Assembly: GCA_963804995.1 (NCBI GenBank)
Contig: CAWDSK010000003.1
Coordinates: forward strand, 256,001-320,000
Direction: 5' to 3'
Length of the DNA: 64,000 nt
Origin: an uncultured Acidobacteriota bacterium
GTDB taxonomy: Bacteria; Acidobacteriota; Terriglobia; UBA7540
Within the stretch, counting starts at the first letter, position 1. Each line of letters starts with the position of its first letter. This document shows, piece by piece, positions 60,577 through 64,000 of the stretch. The position numbers were made by a program, and so were the translations under genes. The notes beneath the pieces are model-generated. The model saw nothing but the letters and a program-made list of their open reading frames with translations, had not been told where the DNA came from and searched no databases.

Positions 60577-61119
60577 ATGGCCGGGCGTGCCCGCGTCCTG
60601 AAGAGCAAAACCCTTTTCCGTGGAAGAGTGATTCAGTTAAAGGTCGAACGAGTAGTCGAGCCAGGTGGCATCCTTACCACGCGCGAAGTCGTCTGCCATG
60701 CCGGGTCCGTAGTGATCGTACCCCATCTTCCCGACGGCCGGATAATCCTGGTGCGTCAGTATCGGCATCCCGTACGGGAGAGTCTTTGGGAACTGGTCGC
60801 GGGTGGCATGGAGCGGGGAGAGACTCCGCTCCAAAGCGCCCGGCGTGAGTTGCAGGAAGAGACGGGATACCGCGCCCGGGTTTTCAAACCCCTGGTTGAG
60901 TTCTTCCCAAGCCCCGGGATCTTGAGTGAGAAAATGCATCTTTTCGAAGCCCATGGCCTGACGCCTTCCAAAGGCCACCCCGACGCAGACGAACACATCG
61001 AAACTGGACTCTTTACCATTACTGAGCTGATTAATATGGTTCGGGAAAACAAGATCCGGGACGCGAAAACACTGGTGGGAATTCTCTGGCTCTTTGGCCC
61101 CCCAAAAGATTCAGTCTAA
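60577..61119 (+). CDS. NUDIX hydrolase (ADP-ribose pyrophosphatase-like)
   Basis: Nudix box GGMERGETPLQSARRELQEETG; SPG; DAKT. Confidence 0.92.
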   Translation: MAGRARVLKSKTLFRGRVIQLKVERVVEPGGILTTREVVCHAGSVVIVPHLPDGRIILVRQYRHPVRESLWELVAGGMERGETPLQSARRELQEETGYRARVFKPLVEFFPSPGILSEKMHLFEAHGLTPSKGHPDADEHIETGLFTITELINMVRENKIRDAKTLVGILWLFGPPKDSV

Positions 61120-61333
61120 TCAAGAAAAGGACTGAATGTTCATGATTGGAACATTTTCCTTGACAAATCGCAGGCAGAAACGTTATCAGTATTGGTGAGG
61201 GAGTTGGGAAAGTGTTCTCGCTGGGAAAGTGGTCATAGAGTAAAGCTGCCGGGGATCGAAATGATCTTCGGCTTTTTCTTTTTTGGCGCTTCCCGGGAGC
61301 CGCAACCCCAAAGCACAATCGAGGAGGGCGCAA

Positions 61334-61543
61334 GTGGCAAGACTTCAAGGAAAAGTTAAGTGGTTCAATAACAGCAAAGGGTACGGGTTTATCGGCCAGG
61401 ACGGCGGAGCTGATGTCTTCGTTCATTACTCGGCCATCCAAGGAGAAGGATTCAAGACCTTGCAAGAAGGCGACACCGTAGAGTTCGAGATCGTCCAGGG
61501 ACAGAAAGGACCTCAGGCCGACAAGGTCACAAAAGTAACGTAA
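61334..61543 (+). CDS. cspA: Cold-shock protein
   Basis: GKVKWFN, KGYGFI and DVFVHYS; GTG start after GAGGAGG; TTGACA at 61160 implies a long 5' UTR. Confidence 0.95.
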   Translation: MARLQGKVKWFNNSKGYGFIGQDGGADVFVHYSAIQGEGFKTLQEGDTVEFEIVQGQKGPQADKVTKVT

Positions 61544-61568
61544 ACCGGCATCTGCTTCAGCATTTCCT

Positions 61569-61600
61569 GGCCCAACCCTCAGGGTTGGGCCTCTTTGTTT
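61569..61600 (+). terminator. Intrinsic terminator of the csp gene
   Basis: GGCCCAACCC-TCA-GGGTTGGGCC then TCTTTGTTT. Confidence 0.8.
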
Positions 61601-61804
61601 CTGGGCAGAATGGGTATGGTTGCCACCTCGCGACGGAATAACCTTGATCTGTTAATTGTCCCCTTGCTTTTCTGTCAGCCAAGCGAGACAATACGTCGGT
61701 TAGGTTAAGCCTACAATCAGGGAGGGGGCAGCAGGGTGCCACCCTTCAATCGCAAGATGATGCAAGTGCAGTGCCAGCCCAGGGACTGCAGAGAGGAAGT
61801 TGTT

Positions 61805-62515
61805 ATGACGAAGTTTACCCGAGCCGCTGTTGTCGCGCTGTTGGGTGTGTTCTGTGCCTTGGCCCAGGACACCGTTCCGACCACGCCCTTGTCCCACCGC
61901 GCGACTTTTCCGTCCGACCTAACGGAGCCTTCCACGCCCCTGACGGTCACGCTCCCAGCGGAGACTCAGGTCAAGGTCAGTGTGCTGTCCGGGATCGATA
62001 CTGGAATTAACCGTGTAAACGACCCCGTCATCGCCCAGGTCCTCGAGCCGATATACGTCAAAGGGAAGGTCGCCGTGCCATCCGGCACTTTGCTGGATGG
62101 GCACATCACTTTGATTCGCAATTCTGGTCACATGCATCGCCCTGCCGAACTGGGTTTGCGATTTGATCGCATCAGCCTTCCGGACGGCCAGGAAAAACCT
62201 GTCGCTGCGCTGTTGGCCGCCTTGGAGCACCCAGAGTCTCTCGATTTTCACCTAGACGCGGAAGGTCACTTGACGGGTAACCGCAGCTTATCCTGGAAAA
62301 CGCTCTTCGGTGGTGTCACGGCACTGGGCACGTATGGAGTTCTAAAGATTGCTGCGGTCGGTTCCAGCGGCGCTTCCCTGGTGCTTCCTATCGGCGGGGC
62401 AGCCCTGATTGGTTACGAAGCCATTTGGCGCCGTGGCCGCGAGGTCGATTTGCCCCCTGACACTCATTGCCGTCTGCGGCTGAATTATCCTCTCACCGTG
62501 CGCGTGCCTTGGTAA
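61805..62515 (+). CDS. Exported hypothetical protein (VirB10/TrbI-like beta domain)
   Basis: Signal peptide; LPAETQVKV, VPSGTLLDG, LGLRFDRI, Gly-rich hairpin and EVDLPPDT. Confidence 0.7.
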   Translation: MTKFTRAAVVALLGVFCALAQDTVPTTPLSHRATFPSDLTEPSTPLTVTLPAETQVKVSVLSGIDTGINRVNDPVIAQVLEPIYVKGKVAVPSGTLLDGHITLIRNSGHMHRPAELGLRFDRISLPDGQEKPVAALLAALEHPESLDFHLDAEGHLTGNRSLSWKTLFGGVTALGTYGVLKIAAVGSSGASLVLPIGGAALIGYEAIWRRGREVDLPPDTHCRLRLNYPLTVRVPW

Positions 62516-62746
62516 GCAAGAAAAGCATATCCTGAGGGCTCCGCCATTGGGTTTGTGTCTCACGAGTTGGCCGGCACTTTAAATCCGTAACACTCCACAC
62601 AAGCGATTCTCTGCCCGACATTTCCTTCGGCTTCTACCGACGTGTTGAGCATCAGCCGCAGGAATTTCCACGGGGGCCTGGGAATAATTCGCGGTGAGCA
62701 TGGCACGGACAGTTGTAGAATGGAATTTACCGTAAGGATCATCAAC

Positions 62747-63613
62747 ATGGACTCACTCATCTTTCATAACGACCGCGTGGTTCCCCTTGAGGAGGCGCGG
62801 CTTTCTCCCGGCCAAATGGGCTTGCTGATGGGCTGGGGCGTTTTCACAACGCTGCGCATCTACGAAGGCGTCCCCTTCGCCTTCGACCGGCACTGGGCGC
62901 GGATGGCGCGTGATGCGCAACGCCTCGGCATCGGGCTCGATTATCATCAGCAGGCGGTTTGGGAAGCAATCGTGAAACTGGCGGCCGCCAACACCCGGCC
63001 GGAAGGCATGGCCCGCCTTTCCTTCGTCAAGAACCAGGGCGGCCTCTGGGCTCAGGCGCCGGACAACCGCGCTACGGACCTGCTGATCTTCACGCGCGAA
63101 GTGCCGACCTGGCCGGTGGCGAACAAGCTCAAGCTCACGCCCAACATCGTCTTTTCGACGGGACGATTGGCAGGCGCCAAGATGCTTTCCTGGGTGCAGA
63201 ACGCCGGCACACTCGAGCGGGCTCACGCGGAAGGCTTCGACGATGCCCTGCTCTTGAATGAGCAAGGCCACCTGGCAGAATGCACTTCGGCCAATTTCTT
63301 TATGGTACGAGACGGGGAGATTCTGACCCCTCCCCTCGCCTCCGGCTGCCTGCCGGGAATCACCCGCGAAGTGCTGCACGAGGTCATCCCCGCGGCTGGC
63401 TACAAACTGCTCGAACAAAACCTCACACCTGACGATCTGGGTTCGGCCACAGAGGCCTTCATCACCGGGACCACACGCGAGGTGGCTGGAGTGGGAAGCA
63501 TTCATCCGAATTGGACCTATGCCGCCCCGGGCCCCATCACGAGCGTGGTCGCAACAGCTTTTAAGCAATACGTCCAATCGCACTTGAAGCGCGCCCCCGC
63601 TCCGCTTTCCTGA
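62747..63613 (+). CDS. Class IV aminotransferase (IlvE/PabC-like)
   Basis: GVFTTLR, PLP Lys in AGAKMLS, ECTSANFF and LPGITR. Confidence 0.92.
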   Translation: MDSLIFHNDRVVPLEEARLSPGQMGLLMGWGVFTTLRIYEGVPFAFDRHWARMARDAQRLGIGLDYHQQAVWEAIVKLAAANTRPEGMARLSFVKNQGGLWAQAPDNRATDLLIFTREVPTWPVANKLKLTPNIVFSTGRLAGAKMLSWVQNAGTLERAHAEGFDDALLLNEQGHLAECTSANFFMVRDGEILTPPLASGCLPGITREVLHEVIPAAGYKLLEQNLTPDDLGSATEAFITGTTREVAGVGSIHPNWTYAAPGPITSVVATAFKQYVQSHLKRAPAPLS

Positions 63614-63788
63614 TCGCTCAAGAATCTTCAGGGCCTGATGGACCGGTTTGAAGTCCTGGCTATTGTCGGACCTGAGGGTCCACCCCGCTTCTTGGTTTTC
63701 ACTCCGTCATATCAGGACACCACCATTTTCGCATCCGGGTTGCCGCAATCCGCACCTTGAGCTAACTTATAGACAATCCCTGGGGCGA

Positions 63789-63804
63789 TGGCGTCCCCTT
63801 TGCA
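63789..63804 (+). promoter_or_regulatory. Possible sigma54 -24/-12 promoter
   Basis: TGGCGT-CCCCT-TTGCA with exact GG-N10-GC spacing; target gene would lie at or beyond the window end. Confidence 0.35.
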
Positions 63805-64000
63805 TGCTGGCGGGAGCCGCCTATTCTTATGCGGGAAGAATCTTCGGAATCGGCCAAACTCGCATCTGCCGGGAGTTCGGACCAAGGGCCGCGCGAACTC
63901 GAATCCGGCCATAATCTCTTGCGTGAGATTCCCTCCCCTTCCCGGCGTCTTTGGCTGGGATTGGGGGTGACGCTTGCCCTCTTCGTCATCTTTGCTTCCT

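Noticed and set aside
1..64000. CRISPR array, tRNA or rRNA genes
   Set aside because: No regularly spaced repeat-spacer series and no recognisable tRNA or rRNA sequence found by eye; the repeats seen are REP, MITE or short tandem types.

Overview
GC-rich chromosomal window whose gene families (ADOP-type duplicated ABC permease, TIGR03435-like protein, futalosine-pathway mqnD) suggest Acidobacteriota. It carries about 45 CDSs, including ftsY, ackA, mqnD, a sulfite/nitrite reductase, ccsA-hemA-hemC-hemD, a cold-shock gene, PilZ and HD-GYP proteins and an AbrB-RelE toxin-antitoxin pair. An ISKra4-like element (19464-23084, 9-bp TSD) is interrupted by a second DDE element (20534-22296) with a 21-bp hairpin-containing target duplication and an AbrB-like ORF joined to its transposase by a probable -1 frameshift. 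Intergenic DNA is rich in GTAG-type REPs, REP-filled MITE shells and 7-8 nt tandem repeats. The strongest hidden signal is an apparent cysteine-sensing ribosome-mediated attenuator (promoter, 25-aa leader containing MAMCCC, alternative hairpins, intrinsic terminator) directly upstream of the reductase. Four genes carry single-base +1 frameshifts that look like sequencing errors. All family calls come from motif recognition by eye; no database searches were run.
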